DNA of 64,000 bases from positions 128,001-192,000 of the forward strand of contig CAVZJB010000012.1 in NCBI GenBank assembly GCA_963775425.1, read 5' to 3'. The position numbers were made by a program, and so were the translations under genes. Positions 32,509 through 43,011 of the stretch are shown here, one piece after another (within the stretch, counting starts at the first letter, position 1; each line of letters begins with the position of its first letter). The notes beneath the pieces are model-generated. The model searched no databases. It was given only the letters and a program-made list of their open reading frames with translations, and was not told the origin of the DNA. The stretch is from an uncultured delta proteobacterium. GTDB taxonomy: Bacteria; Myxococcota; UBA727; VGSZ01.

Positions 32509-33132
32509 TCAGTGGTGCTTGTTGCTCGAGCTCGCGTTGCCGTTGCCGTGGCCGCTGTTGCCGTGGCCGCCGTTGCCGTGGCTGTCCTTGCCGGAGTTGT
32601 CAGAGCTGCCGTGGGAGTTGCCGTGGCCGGAGTTGCCGTGGTTGCCGTTGGCGCCGTGGTTGGCGTTGCCGGAGTTGCCGTGGTTGCCGTTGGCGCCGTG
32701 GTTGGCGTTGCCGTTGCCGCGGCCGTTGTTGGTGTAGCCGTTGCCGCGCCCATTGTCGTGGCCGAGGCCGCTGTTGCCGCCGCGGTGGTCGTTGCCGTGA
32801 CCGAGGCCGCCGCCGCGGTGGTCGTTGTCGTGACCGAAGCCGCCGTTGCCGCCGCGGTGGTCGTCGCCACGGGGGCGGGAGGTGTAGTCGTGACCGCGGT
32901 CATGGCGTGCGCGCGAGGTGACGACGACCGGGCGCTGGCGGTGCTCCACATAGCTGTGGCCGCGGCGATGGACGACGACCACGTTGTACGACGGCGGCGG
33001 CGCCTCCTCGTAGACCACCTGCGGCGGCGTCTCCACGTAGACGGGCCGCTCGTGCACGTAGCGCGTCGAAACGCAGCCGACGGAGGGGACGATGGCGAGG
33101 GCGAGGAGGAGCAGGGGGCTTCGCGTCATCAT
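32509..33132 (-). CDS. lipoprotein with a Gly/His/Asn-rich low-complexity tail
   Basis: Signal ending SVGC; GHDNDHRGG and NANHGANGNHGNSG repeats (42-bp duplication at 32626-32709). Confidence 0.72.
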   Translation of the reverse strand: MMTRSPLLLLALAIVPSVGCVSTRYVHERPVYVETPPQVVYEEAPPPSYNVVVVHRRGHSYVEHRQRPVVVTSRARHDRGHDYTSRPRGDDHRGGNGGFGHDNDHRGGGLGHGNDHRGGNSGLGHDNGRGNGYTNNGRGNGNANHGANGNHGNSGNANHGANGNHGNSGHGNSHGSSDNSGKDSHGNGGHGNSGHGNGNASSSNKHH

Positions 33133-33221
33133 GCCGGTCCGACGAAGCGGATCCCGGGATCCTTCACGGGCACCTGCAAAACCCTTGAATTCGCCCGCAC
33201 ATGTGAGTACCCCAGCGACCG

Positions 33222-33575
33222 ATGTCGCCCGTCGGAATGCTCGCCGTCTACCTCGTCGTCGCCGGCGGACTCGTGACCGTCCTCACGCTCCTCGCGGGGC
33301 GCTTGTCGCCGCTCAAGCCCACGCCCACCAAGAGCAAGCCGTACGAGTGCGGCATCTCCGAGCCGCAGCCGATGCAGGCGCGCTGGCCGGTGCGCTTCGC
33401 GCTGGTGGCCATGCTGTTCCTCGTGTTCGACGTGGAGAGCCTGTTCTTCTACCCGTGGGCCGTGCAAATCCGCGAGCTCAAGTGGAACGGCCTGCTCGCC
33501 ATGGGCAGCTTCTTCGCCGTGCTCGGTTGTGGCTACATCTACGCGCGCGGGCGTCACGCGCTCAAGTGGAAGTGA
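33222..33575 (+). CDS. nuoA: NADH-quinone oxidoreductase subunit A
   Basis: [22 protein letters not shown], ending ALKWK. Confidence 0.94.
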   Translation: MSPVGMLAVYLVVAGGLVTVLTLLAGRLSPLKPTPTKSKPYECGISEPQPMQARWPVRFALVAMLFLVFDVESLFFYPWAVQIRELKWNGLLAMGSFFAVLGCGYIYARGRHALKWK

Positions 33576-33579
33576 GCCG

Positions 33580-34215
33580 ATGAAGCGCATCCTCCCGGTC
33601 ATCGGAGCGAGCCCCAGCGCGGACAAGACGGGGACGCCGGAGTGGGCGCTCACGCGCCTCGTCGACTGGGGACGCAAGAGCTCCATCTGGCCGGCGTCGT
33701 TCGGCCTCGCCTGCTGCGCCATCGAGATGATGTCGGCGGGCGGCTCCAAGTTCGACATCGCGCGCTTCGGCAGCGAGCTGTTCCGCGCGTCGCCGCGGCA
33801 GGCCGACCTGATGATCGTGTCGGGCCGCGTCTCGCAGAAGATGGCGCCCGTCCTGCGCGAGGTCTACGACCAGATGCCGGACCCCAAGTGGGTCATCGCC
33901 ATGGGCGACTGCGCGGCGTGCGGCGGCATCTTCAACAACTACGCGATCATCCAGGGCGTCGACCGCATCGTCCCCGTCGACATGTACGTGCCCGGTTGCC
34001 CGCCGCGCCCCGAGGCGCTGCTCGACGGAATCATCAAGCTGCAGGATCGCATTCGCCACGGCCAGAACCGCCGCGACGACGCCGAGCACGGCGGCTACTA
34101 CCGCGACCCGCGCGACGACAGCCCCGTGTTCTTCAGCGAGCTCGAGAAAGGCGGCGCGCGCGACGCCCGCCGCGGTGAGCACCCCTTCGACGAGAGCAAG
34201 AATGACGAGCGGTGA
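33580..34215 (+). CDS. nuoB: NADH-quinone oxidoreductase subunit B
   Basis: [40 protein letters not shown]. Confidence 0.96.
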   Translation: MKRILPVIGASPSADKTGTPEWALTRLVDWGRKSSIWPASFGLACCAIEMMSAGGSKFDIARFGSELFRASPRQADLMIVSGRVSQKMAPVLREVYDQMPDPKWVIAMGDCAACGGIFNNYAIIQGVDRIVPVDMYVPGCPPRPEALLDGIIKLQDRIRHGQNRRDDAEHGGYYRDPRDDSPVFFSELEKGGARDARRGEHPFDESKNDER

Positions 34216-34732
34216 CGACCACACCGGCCCGGTCTCCGCGGACGCCGAGCACAACGACAAGCCGACGCTCGCCGCGCGTCTGCGCACCCGCGTCAGCGAC
34301 GCCGCCGAGGCCGCCACCAGGGACGGCATCGACACCGTCGACGTCCCCCGCGAGCGCTGGGCCGAGGCCGCGCAGGCGCTGCGCGACCACGAGGGCTTCG
34401 TCCGCTTCATCGACCTCACCGTCGTCGACGACCCGGACCACGCGCTGCGCTTCGAGGTCCACCTCGTCTTGTACTCGATGAACGAGAAGCGCTGGGGCCG
34501 CCTGCGCACGCGCACCGGCGAGAAGCTCGCGAGCGTCACGCCGCTGTTCCTCGGCGCGCACAACTACGAGCGCGAGGTCTTCGACCTGTACGGCGTGGTG
34601 TTCGACGGCCACCCGCGCCTCACGCGCATCCTGCTGCCCGACGGGTGGAAGGGCCACCCGCTCCGCCGCGACGAAGCGATGGTGCTCGAGCCCACCGACT
34701 TCACCGTCACCCGCGACCTCTACAAGACGTGA
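34202..34732 (+). CDS. nuoC: NADH-quinone oxidoreductase subunit C
   Basis: [39 protein letters not shown]. Confidence 0.94.
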   Translation: MTSGDDHTGPVSADAEHNDKPTLAARLRTRVSDAAEAATRDGIDTVDVPRERWAEAAQALRDHEGFVRFIDLTVVDDPDHALRFEVHLVLYSMNEKRWGRLRTRTGEKLASVTPLFLGAHNYEREVFDLYGVVFDGHPRLTRILLPDGWKGHPLRRDEAMVLEPTDFTVTRDLYKT

Positions 34733-34987
34733 CTTTGCGCGCTGGCGCGCGCGAGCAGCCGGCCCTCCGGGCCCCCCGCGCTGCGCGCGGGTCGAGCTGA
34801 CCCGCCGCTACCTGGAGCACCGTCCTTGCGGCCGCGCCCACGCCCAAGCGGCGACCCGACCGCGACCGCGACCCTGCGCGACGCGCTCCCGCGCCCGCCC
34901 GCCCGCGGTCTGCCGGCTCTGCACGCACCAGCGGGAGCGGACGCGTGCGCGTGCAGCGAACGCGACCTCCGGCGGCGCATCCTCCAC

Positions 34988-35017
34988 TTGACCGATGGGT
35001 GTGGTGTGATGTAAGAC
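34988..35017 (+). promoter_or_regulatory. candidate sigma70-type promoter between nuoC and the small membrane ORF/nuoD
   Basis: TTGACC-N18-TAAGAC in an AT-richer gap; AAGGA RBS before ATG 35057. Confidence 0.4.
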
Positions 35018-35056
35018 ACCCGCCCACACGATTTCTCAGTCAAAGGAAATATCCCC

Positions 35057-35401
35057 ATGAAGATCTATGGCAACAGCCGCTCCGACGGCTTCACGATGTT
35101 CGTCGTCCTCGTCTCGGCGGTGTTCATCGGCAGCGGCTTCCTGCTGTCGATGTTCGGCGGCCTCGCGCTGCTCGTCGCGGTGCCGGTCATGCTCGCGCTC
35201 GTGGCGCTCATGGTCGTGCGCGCGCGCAAGTGGGACGTGATGTCCGAGGCCCCGGCCGTCGCCGTCGTCGCGGGCCCCGTGCTCACGACGTTCCCGGTCA
35301 AGGCGGACACCGAGGCCGTGGCCACGAGCGGCGCCACCGTGCTGCCGCTGCCCGTCGACAAGCCCAAGAGCGCCGTCGAGACCAACACCGCCGTTGCGTG
35401 A
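35057..35401 (+). CDS. small two-TM hypothetical protein between nuoC and nuoD
   Basis: RBS, long hydrophobic hairpin, soluble tail. Confidence 0.7.
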   Translation: MKIYGNSRSDGFTMFVVLVSAVFIGSGFLLSMFGGLALLVAVPVMLALVALMVVRARKWDVMSEAPAVAVVAGPVLTTFPVKADTEAVATSGATVLPLPVDKPKSAVETNTAVA

Positions 35402-35428
35402 GGCTGGTCGTCGTGCGAGGCGCGACAC

Positions 35429-36625
35429 ATGGCTGAAGCGGAAGCGGACGCGGAGCACCTGCTCCACGTGAACATGGGCCCGCAGCACCCGTCGACGCAC
35501 GGCGTGCTGCGGGTCGAGCTCGTTTTGGACGGCGAGATCGTGCGGTCTTGCAGGCCCGTCATGGGCTACCTGCACACGGGGATGGAGAAGACCTGCGAGG
35601 CAAAGACCTGGGTGCAGGCGCTCACGATCACCGATCGCATGGACTACCTGAACCCGCTCGGGAACAACCTCGCCTACTCCCTCGCCGTCGAGAAGCTGTT
35701 CGGGTGCGCCATCCCCGAGCGCGCGCAGGTGGGCCGCGTGTTGCTCGCCGAGCTCACGCGCATCAACTCGCACCTGGTGTCCATCGGCTCCGGCTCCATC
35801 GACCTCGGCGTCACCTCGGTCTTTCTGTACTGCCTGCGCGAGCGCGAGAAGGTCCTCGAGCTGTTCGAGATCCTCGCGGGCGCGCGCATGATGACGTCGT
35901 TCATCCGTCCCGGCGGCCTCGCCCACGACATGGACGAGGACTGGCTCCAGCGCTGCCGCGCCTTCATCGACGAGATGCCCCGCCGCATCGACGAGTACGA
36001 GCAGATCGTCACCGACAACCCGTTCTTCCGCGAGCGCACCATCGGCATCGGCGTCCTCAAGGCCGACGATGCCATCAAGCTCGGCGTCTCCGGTCCCCTG
36101 CTCCGCGCGGCCGGCGTGCCCCACGACCTGAGAAGGACCAACCCGTATACGGGCTACGAGCGCTTCGACTTCAAGGTCTGCACCGAGGAGGCCGCCGACT
36201 GCTACGCCCGCTACAAGGTGCGCGTGGCGGAGCTGCGCGAGGCCGTGAAGATCTGCGACCAGGCGCTGAAGCTGCTCACCACGTCGGCCAAGGGGCCCGT
36301 GCAGACCGCGGACCGAAGAATCGTCCCGCCGCCGCGCGCCGAGCTCGCGAAGTCGATGGAGGCCGTCATCCATCACTTCAAGCTGTGGACCGAGGGCATG
36401 AAGCCCCCCGCCGGCGAGGCCTACGCCGCCACCGAGAGCCCGCGCGGCGAGCTCGGCTTCTTCGTCGCCAGCGACGGCACCGGCAGGCCCCAGCGGGTGC
36501 GCTGCCGGGCGCCGTCGTTCTGCAACGTCCAGGCGATCGAGATCATGGCCAAGGGCCACCTCGTCGCCGACCTCGTCGCCATCATCGCCACCATCGACCC
36601 CGTCATGGGCGAAGTCAATCGCTGA
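35429..36625 (+). CDS. nuoD: NADH-quinone oxidoreductase subunit D
   Basis: NMGPQHPSTHGVLR, GYLHTGMEK, DRMDYL, ESPRGELG, DPVMGEVNR. Confidence 0.96.
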   Translation: MAEAEADAEHLLHVNMGPQHPSTHGVLRVELVLDGEIVRSCRPVMGYLHTGMEKTCEAKTWVQALTITDRMDYLNPLGNNLAYSLAVEKLFGCAIPERAQVGRVLLAELTRINSHLVSIGSGSIDLGVTSVFLYCLREREKVLELFEILAGARMMTSFIRPGGLAHDMDEDWLQRCRAFIDEMPRRIDEYEQIVTDNPFFRERTIGIGVLKADDAIKLGVSGPLLRAAGVPHDLRRTNPYTGYERFDFKVCTEEAADCYARYKVRVAELREAVKICDQALKLLTTSAKGPVQTADRRIVPPPRAELAKSMEAVIHHFKLWTEGMKPPAGEAYAATESPRGELGFFVASDGTGRPQRVRCRAPSFCNVQAIEIMAKGHLVADLVAIIATIDPVMGEVNR

Positions 36626-36727
36626 CGCACAACCGCGAGGCCGTCGGCCCGGCGCGCTCCGCGCCCCGTGGACCGGCGCGCACCGCGCCCCGTGGAGAGG
36701 ACGCGGCCGCGCCGTGTCGACGCGCGC

Positions 36728-38086
36728 TCAGTCGCCGCCGGTGCTGCTGTAGAAGACCGCGCCGTGGTCGCCGCCGACCCAGATGTTGTTGTTGTCGAGG
36801 GCGAAGCCCGTGTAGATGCGGCCGAAGGTGCCGAAGGGCGGCGCGTCGTCCATGGCCGCCTGCAGCGCGCCGAGCGCGCCCACCGGGGCCCAGGTGTCGC
36901 CGGCGTCGGAGGTCTTCAGGAGGAACGCGCCGCCGCTGCCGATCTGGCCACCGGCCCAGCCGTGCGTGCCGTCGGGGGCGAAGAAGATCGTGGCGATGGC
37001 GACGACGTTGCCGGTGGCGAGCGCAGGCAGCGTGGTGGCCGACCAGGTCGCGCCGCCGTCGATCGTCTTGAAGATGGTGCTGGCGCCGCCGGCGCCGAAG
37101 CTCGAGTCCCCGACGGCGACGAAGCCGACCGTGTTCGAGGTCATGAGCGCCACCGACGGGCCGACCGCGTTGGCGTTGTCCGCGTCGACGCCGGCCAGGT
37201 CCTTGATCTGGAAGCTGGTCCCGCCGTCGCTGCTCACGCAGGCGAAGTAGGCGTCGTCGATGTCCTTGCTCCGGCCCACGTACACCACGGTGTTGCCGTC
37301 AGGCGTGACGCTGCTGATCTCGTAGGAGTTTTCGGTGCGGCGGTCGCGCGGGCCGACGTCGCAGTCACCGGTCGGGATGGGGTTCGGGTTCGTCGGGTTC
37401 GCCTCGGGCGCCCAGGTCTCGGTGTACAGCGTGGTCGGCCCCGGCGGATCGGTCGAGGTGTTCACGACGCCAGAGCCGAACATCTCCACGAAGCCACTCG
37501 GTGTCTGGAAGAAGCCGGCGAGCGAGGCGAGGCCATAGGAGGAGTTGGTGTCCACGGCGTTGAACGTGGCGAAGTGGTCGTCGCTGGTGAACACGGCTGA
37601 GCCGGTGTCGAGCGCGACGGTGATGTTCGTCGACGTGGGGGTGATGCCCATGACGCCGAAGTCGCCGAGGGAGCCGCCCGGCGGGTCCGTGAAGTTGGTG
37701 TCGTCGAACGCGAAGTCCGTGATCTGCGTTGCCGAGGCCTTGTAGAGCGCGCCGACGCCCGAGCCACGCGTGCCGATGAAGCCGCTGTCGGTGGACTCGA
37801 AGTAGATGGCGGTGACGTCGTCGGTGTCGTGGGCGGTGTTGACGCTGTCGAGCACCGTCAGCGTGGTCCAGGGATCGCCTTCGCCCTCGCCCTCGCCTTC
37901 GCCCTCGCCTTCGCCCTCGCCTTCGCCCTCGCCCTCGCCTTCGCCTTCGCCTTCGCCTTCGCCTTCGCCTTCGCCTTCGCCTTCGCCTTCGCCTTCGCCT
38001 TCGCCTTCGCCTTCGCCTTCGCCGGGGCAGGCGCACACGAACAGGAGGGGGGACGCGACCAGAAGCGGAACAATGAAACGCAACAT
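36728..38086 (-). CDS. lipoprotein with a (GE)24 linker and a BNR/Ycf48-like beta-propeller
   Basis: GAGGT RBS, MLRFIVPLLVASPLLFVCAC, SSDGGTSF, KTIDGGATW, KTSDAGDTW. Confidence 0.82.
   Translation of the reverse strand: MLRFIVPLLVASPLLFVCACPGEGEGEGEGEGEGEGEGEGEGEGEGEGEGEGEGEGEGEGEGEGEGEGEGDPWTTLTVLDSVNTAHDTDDVTAIYFESTDSGFIGTRGSGVGALYKASATQITDFAFDDTNFTDPPGGSLGDFGVMGITPTSTNITVALDTGSAVFTSDDHFATFNAVDTNSSYGLASLAGFFQTPSGFVEMFGSGVVNTSTDPPGPTTLYTETWAPEANPTNPNPIPTGDCDVGPRDRRTENSYEISSVTPDGNTVVYVGRSKDIDDAYFACVSSDGGTSFQIKDLAGVDADNANAVGPSVALMTSNTVGFVAVGDSSFGAGGASTIFKTIDGGATWSATTLPALATGNVVAIATIFFAPDGTHGWAGGQIGSGGAFLLKTSDAGDTWAPVGALGALQAAMDDAPPFGTFGRIYTGFALDNNNIWVGGDHGAVFYSSTGGD
37877..38023. repeat. hexanucleotide microsatellite (tcgccy)n encoding G(EG)24
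   Basis: About 24 units, including a long perfect (gccttc)n stretch. Confidence 0.93.
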
Positions 38087-38237
38087 GGGGAACCTCGTCA
38101 TGGGCGCGAAGGATGGCGCCGCACGGGGGGTGCGCGCAACGGGGATTTGGCCGGCGCGGGCGCGCCGCCGCGCGGATCGGTTCACGGGGAGGCACAGGTG
38201 AGACGGCTCGCCCCCCGCGCGCCTACAATCGGGGAAC

Positions 38238-39800
38238 ATGAGGATCGCGGGCTATGACGTCGAGGGTCACCTCGGCGCCGGCGGCATGAGCCAGGTGTGG
38301 CTTGCGCGGGGGAGCGCGGGCCTCGTCGTGCTCAAGCGGCAGCTCAACCCCGCCGACGACGTGAGGCTGCGGGACGAGGCGCGGGTGGGGATGCGGATGC
38401 GTCACCCGTGCGTGGTGCAGACCCTCGACCTCGTCGAGCACGAGGGGCGGCCGGTGCTCGTGCTCGAGTACGTCGCGGGAGCGTCGCTGGTGGCGCTGCG
38501 CAAGCGGGGCCCGATGGCGCCCGCGGCGGTCTGCCGGATCGGGGCCGACATCGCCGAGGGGCTCGCGGCGTTGCACGACGCCGTCGACGAGGAGGGGCGC
38601 CCGCTGCGCTGCCTGCACCGGGACGTGTCGCCGTCGAACATCATCGTGTCCCACGACGGGCGCGCGCGGCTCATCGACCTCGGCATCGCGCGCTTCTCGG
38701 ACGCCGGCGCGGAGCGCACGAGGACGGGCGAGCTCCGCGGGACCATCCGCTACCTGGCGCCGGAGTTGTTCGAGGCCAAACCGCATACGCCGCAGACGGA
38801 CCTGTGGGCGCTCGGCGTCTGTTTGTTCGAGGCGGCGCTCGGGCGGCCGTCGGTGACCGGGCCCGAGGCGGTGATGCTGGCGACGGTGGTGCGCGGGCGT
38901 TTGTTCGATCTGCAGCCGGGCGAGGCGCTGCCGGGCCCGGTGGGCGCCGCCCTCGGGCGCCTGTGCGCCCCCGAGGGCGAACGGCTGCCGGGCGCGCTCG
39001 CCGCCGTGCGCGCGCTTCGCGACGCCGAGCGCGCGTACGGGGACGGGCGCGCGGCCGCTTCGCGCGCGGTGTACGCCGTGGTCGGGGGCGAGCCGCCGCC
39101 GAGCGACGACGACGTCCGCGGCGCCCTCGAGGAAAACCCCTTCACGCGCTTCGCCGCCACGACGTACTGCGGCGTCGACGACGACAATCTCTTTGGCGAC
39201 ATCGCCGTCGCCACCGCGGCGACCCCCTCGGCGGCGTTCGACGTGCCCGCGCCGGTGACGGTGCTGGCGGAGCCGCTGTCGGTGCCGCCCTCGACGTCGC
39301 CGGGCGCGCAGCCCGCGCACCGCACCGGCTGGGAGATCCCGTCGCCGATCACCGGCGGCGACCCGCTCGTCCACGTCGAGGAGGAGCCTCCCGCGGAGGT
39401 CCCCGCGCCCTCCCACGACGACGAGCTCGCGGACCTCCACCGCAGCGCCGTGGGGAGCTGGATCCCGGCCGCCGCCGCCCTCGGCGTCGTCGTCCTCGTG
39501 GTCGTCGCCGTCGTGGTCTTCCTGCGCTCCCGCACCTCGCCGGAGCCCGCGAGCGCCTCGGCCACCGTCGAGGCCCCCGCCGCCCCCTCCGCTCCCACCG
39601 GCAGCGCCGCGCCCGGCGACGACGGCGCCGCGCTCATCGACGGCGCCGCTCCCGCAGGCGGCGCCGCTCCCGCACAAGGCGCCGCCCCCTCCGAAAGCGC
39701 CGCCCCTGCGGACGACGGCGCTGCAGCCGCAGACGGCGCCGCCGACGCTGCCGCTCGTGGGGCACCCGCGACCGCGCCTGCATCGTCGCCGTCGCCGTAA
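38238..39800 (+). CDS. membrane Ser/Thr protein kinase
   Basis: LGAGGMSQV, VVLK, HRDVSPSN, DLG, GTIRYLAPE, DLWALG; TM near aa 410-430; Ala/Pro-rich tail. Confidence 0.93.
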   Translation: MRIAGYDVEGHLGAGGMSQVWLARGSAGLVVLKRQLNPADDVRLRDEARVGMRMRHPCVVQTLDLVEHEGRPVLVLEYVAGASLVALRKRGPMAPAAVCRIGADIAEGLAALHDAVDEEGRPLRCLHRDVSPSNIIVSHDGRARLIDLGIARFSDAGAERTRTGELRGTIRYLAPELFEAKPHTPQTDLWALGVCLFEAALGRPSVTGPEAVMLATVVRGRLFDLQPGEALPGPVGAALGRLCAPEGERLPGALAAVRALRDAERAYGDGRAAASRAVYAVVGGEPPPSDDDVRGALEENPFTRFAATTYCGVDDDNLFGDIAVATAATPSAAFDVPAPVTVLAEPLSVPPSTSPGAQPAHRTGWEIPSPITGGDPLVHVEEEPPAEVPAPSHDDELADLHRSAVGSWIPAAAALGVVVLVVVAVVVFLRSRTSPEPASASATVEAPAAPSAPTGSAAPGDDGAALIDGAAPAGGAAPAQGAAPSESAAPADDGAAAADGAADAAARGAPATAPASSPSP

Positions 39801-39999
39801 GGGCCCTCGTCGCGAGATTGCGGCGCCGAGCGTGGCAGCGGCGCTTCAGCTTCATTTCGCGTCGTCGCACGAATGCACGCGCTTGCTTCACATCGGACTC
39901 GAGCGACGCATGTTCGACCTGTCCTCGACGATAAACGCCGTCGAGCGCAACTGGATCTGCGTGGCCGCTGTTGGTGTCAATCGCTCCATTCCCCCCACG

Positions 40000-41142
40000 A
40001 TGAAGCTGACAAGCACACAGCGCGAAAGGGTCGATGCGACATATGAGTTCGCCCGCGCGCGCTTGTCGATCGGTGCGCGCGACCGTGACGCGAAGGGCCT
40101 CTTCGATCGCAAGGTGTGGCAAGAGGCCGCGGACTTCGGACTGACCGGCCTGCCCATCCCGGAGGAGCTCGGCGGCAGCGGCCTCGACGCCCTCGACACC
40201 GCTCTGGTCGTCGAGGCGCTCGGCCGAGGCTGTGAAGACGGCGGCCTCGTCTTTTCGTTGTGCGCACACATGTTCGCCTCCGCCGTGCCCATCTGGCGAT
40301 CGAAGGCGCAGCTCCACCACGACCGCTATCTGCGGGACATCGCGTCGGGAAAGCTCATTTGCTGCAACGGCACGAGCGAATCCGGAGCGGGCTCCGACGT
40401 GTACGCGATGAAGACCACCGCGCGGCGCGTGGGGAGCGAGTACGTCATCGACGGCAGCAAGGTGTTCATCACGAACGCGCCGGTGGCAGACCTGTTCCTC
40501 ATCTATGCGGTCACCGATCCCGGGCGCGGCTACTTCGGCATCTCCGCCTTCCTCTTGCCGCGCGACACGCCGGGGCTGCGCGTTGCGCGCGGAGACACCC
40601 GCAGCGGGCTGAGAACGTCGCCGTGGGGCACCGTCTACCTCGACGAGTGCGCGGTGCCGGAGAGCGCGCGCGTCGGCGCCGAGGGCGCGGGCGCCACGCT
40701 GTTCAACGACTCCATGATCTGGGAGCGCGGCTGCCTGTTCGCGTACTACGTCGGCGCGATGGAGCGGAGCCTCGCCCGCTGCGTCGAGCACGCGCGCGAG
40801 CGAACGCAATTCGGACGCCCGATCGGCACCAATCAATCCGTGGCGAATCGACTCATCGATATGAAGCTGCGCATCGAGACGAGCCGCATGCTGCTCCACC
40901 ACGCGTGCGCGCTGCACGGCTCGGGACAGCGGTGCGACAGCGCCGTCGCCATGAGCAAGTTGTGGATCTCCGAGGCGGCGGTCCAAAGCGGCCTCGACGC
41001 GGTGCAGATCTTCGGCGGGACAGGGGTAGCGACTGAAACCGGCATTGACGCCTTGCTGCGCGACGCCATTCCGGCGCGCATCTTCTCGGGCACGTCAGAG
41101 ATGCAGCGCGCGATCATTGCCAAAGACATGGGGTTGCCATGA
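40000..41142 (+). CDS. acyl-CoA dehydrogenase, prolyl-carrier-protein dehydrogenase type (PltE/RedW/AnaB-like)
   Basis: SESGAGSD, GSKVFITNAP, SMIWERGC, RTQFGRPIG, QIFGG, IFSGTSEMQR; coupled to the A domain and carrier protein. Confidence 0.88.
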   Translation: MKLTSTQRERVDATYEFARARLSIGARDRDAKGLFDRKVWQEAADFGLTGLPIPEELGGSGLDALDTALVVEALGRGCEDGGLVFSLCAHMFASAVPIWRSKAQLHHDRYLRDIASGKLICCNGTSESGAGSDVYAMKTTARRVGSEYVIDGSKVFITNAPVADLFLIYAVTDPGRGYFGISAFLLPRDTPGLRVARGDTRSGLRTSPWGTVYLDECAVPESARVGAEGAGATLFNDSMIWERGCLFAYYVGAMERSLARCVEHARERTQFGRPIGTNQSVANRLIDMKLRIETSRMLLHHACALHGSGQRCDSAVAMSKLWISEAAVQSGLDAVQIFGGTGVATETGIDALLRDAIPARIFSGTSEMQRAIIAKDMGLP

Positions 41143-42707
41143 TGCGGCTCGATAGGCTCGTCACGTCCTGGGCGTCGCGCACACCACGGCAGATCGCCGT
41201 GTTCGGCGATGACGAGGCGCTGTCGTACGCGGCGCTCGATGACCTCGCGAATCGGTTCGCGCATTGGTTTCGGGCGCACGGCGTCAAGCCCGGCGACCGC
41301 GTCGGCGTTCACCTCCCGCGCTGCGGGCGCGCGATCGCCGCGATGCTCGGCGCGCTTCGAGCGGGCGCCGTGTATGTGCCGCTCGACCCCAGCTCGCCGC
41401 CTGCGCGCATGAAGCTCATCGCCACGGACTGCGACCTGCGCCACGTGGTGATCGCGCCGTACCTCCTCGACCGTTGGCTCGCCGCTGGCGTGCAGGAGCC
41501 CGTCGAGCACTTCGTCCTGTCGAGCGAGGGCGCGCTCGACGACGCGGCGCGAGCATCGGCGCAGGTGCACCCGTGGTCGGAGGTCCTCGCCGACAGCGGC
41601 GCGCCGCTCGACCCCGGGAGCGACTCGCCCGACGCGCTGGCCTACATCCTGTACACGTCGGGCTCCACGGGCGTGCCGAAGGGCGTGATGCTCTCGCACC
41701 GAAATGCGCTCGCGTTCGTCGATTGGGCCGCCGACCGCATCGACCTGCGCCCGAGCGATCGCGTGGCGAGCGTCGCGCCGTTCCACTTCGACCTTTCGGT
41801 GTTCGACGTGTGGGCGTCGCTGTCGCGCGGGGCGACGGTCGTCATCGTCGACGAGACCACGGTGTTGTCCGGGCAACGCATGCTCAGCCGCATTCGCGAG
41901 CAGAAGATCACCGTTTGGTACTCGGTGCCGTCGGCGCTCGTGCTGATGCTGGAGACCGGCCACCTGCACGAGCTCGACGCCGCGCTGATGCGCGTGGTGT
42001 TCTTCGCCGGCGAGGTCTTCCCGATGAAGCACCTCGCGCGCACGATGGCCGCGCTCCCTCACGCGCGCTTCTTCAATCTCTTCGGGCCCACCGAGACCAA
42101 CGTGTGCACCGGGTACGAGCTGCCCGGCGCGCCCGCCCCCGACAGCCCCGCCATCCCCATCGGCACCGCCGCGTCCGGCGACGAGCTCTCGATCCTCTCG
42201 CCCGAAGGCCGGCCGGTCGCCGACGGCGAGATCGGCGAGCTGTTCGTCGACGGGCCCACCGTGATGCTCGGCTATTGGGATGGAGGCCGCCGCACGCCGC
42301 CGCCGCGCCCCTACCCGACCGGCGACCTGGTGTCGCGCCGGGCCGACGGCGAGCTCATGTACCACGGTCGTCGTGATCACCTCGTCAAGGTGCGCGGCTT
42401 TCGCATCGAGTTGGGAGAGATCGAGGCCGCTGTCCATCAGCACGCAAAGATCAAAGAGTCGATCGCGATGGCCATCGAGCAGCAGCTCGTCGTCGTCGCG
42501 GTCCCCGCCGATCCCACGATCTCCGTCCTCGAGCTCAAGAAACATTGCGCCGCGCGACTCCCTCGCTACATGGTCCCGAGCGGAGTGAAGCTCGTCGAGC
42601 AGCTCCCGCGCACATCGAGCGGGAAGATCGACCGGGTGCGGACGCGGGCCGCCGTCATCGAGGGCGACGCCACGCTGCTCAAACAAGCCATACGCGAGGG
42701 GGTCTGA
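41139..42707 (+). CDS. stand-alone adenylation domain, predicted L-proline specific (PltF/RedM/AnaC-like)
   Basis: YILYTSGSTGVPKGV, FDLSVFD, TVWYSVPS, FAGE, NLFGPTETNVC, YPTGD, LPRTSSGKIDR. Hand-read specificity code DLFYFALVCK. Confidence 0.88.
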   Translation: MMRLDRLVTSWASRTPRQIAVFGDDEALSYAALDDLANRFAHWFRAHGVKPGDRVGVHLPRCGRAIAAMLGALRAGAVYVPLDPSSPPARMKLIATDCDLRHVVIAPYLLDRWLAAGVQEPVEHFVLSSEGALDDAARASAQVHPWSEVLADSGAPLDPGSDSPDALAYILYTSGSTGVPKGVMLSHRNALAFVDWAADRIDLRPSDRVASVAPFHFDLSVFDVWASLSRGATVVIVDETTVLSGQRMLSRIREQKITVWYSVPSALVLMLETGHLHELDAALMRVVFFAGEVFPMKHLARTMAALPHARFFNLFGPTETNVCTGYELPGAPAPDSPAIPIGTAASGDELSILSPEGRPVADGEIGELFVDGPTVMLGYWDGGRRTPPPRPYPTGDLVSRRADGELMYHGRRDHLVKVRGFRIELGEIEAAVHQHAKIKESIAMAIEQQLVVVAVPADPTISVLELKKHCAARLPRYMVPSGVKLVEQLPRTSSGKIDRVRTRAAVIEGDATLLKQAIREGV

Positions 42708-42979
42708 TGGAAACGCACGTCATGACGGACATTCGGAACTACATCGTGAGCACCTGGCTGGACGGGGACGGCCGCAGCTTCGACGACGACACGGACCTGC
42801 ACCAGGCGGGCATCCTGGACTCGTTCTCGACGCTCGCGCTCATCGCCTATCTCGAAGAGCAGTGGAAGGCGCAGCTCGACCCGTCGGACGTGAGCATGGA
42901 GGCGTTCCGCACGGTGAAGTCGCTCACGCAGTTGGTGCTCGTGAAGTCGATGAACGCCAAAGCGCCCGCCGCCGAGTGA
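42707..42979 (+). CDS. peptidyl/acyl carrier protein (PltL/RedO-like)
   Basis: 90 aa with GILDSFSTL phosphopantetheine site; TGATG overlap with the A-domain gene. Confidence 0.87.
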   Translation: METHVMTDIRNYIVSTWLDGDGRSFDDDTDLHQAGILDSFSTLALIAYLEEQWKAQLDPSDVSMEAFRTVKSLTQLVLVKSMNAKAPAAE

Positions 42980-43011
42980 CGAGGACGAGAACCTGAAGTT
43001 GGAGGGGTGTC

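Noticed and set aside
37877-38023. CRISPR array or non-coding satellite (also 5026-5108, 25342-25461, 29480-29880)
   Set aside because: No unique spacers and no cas genes. All are in-frame coding repeats.
41139-42979. DltA/DltC D-alanylation system
   Set aside because: No DltB/DltD. The pocket residues and the coupled ACAD fit the proline/pyrrole trio better.
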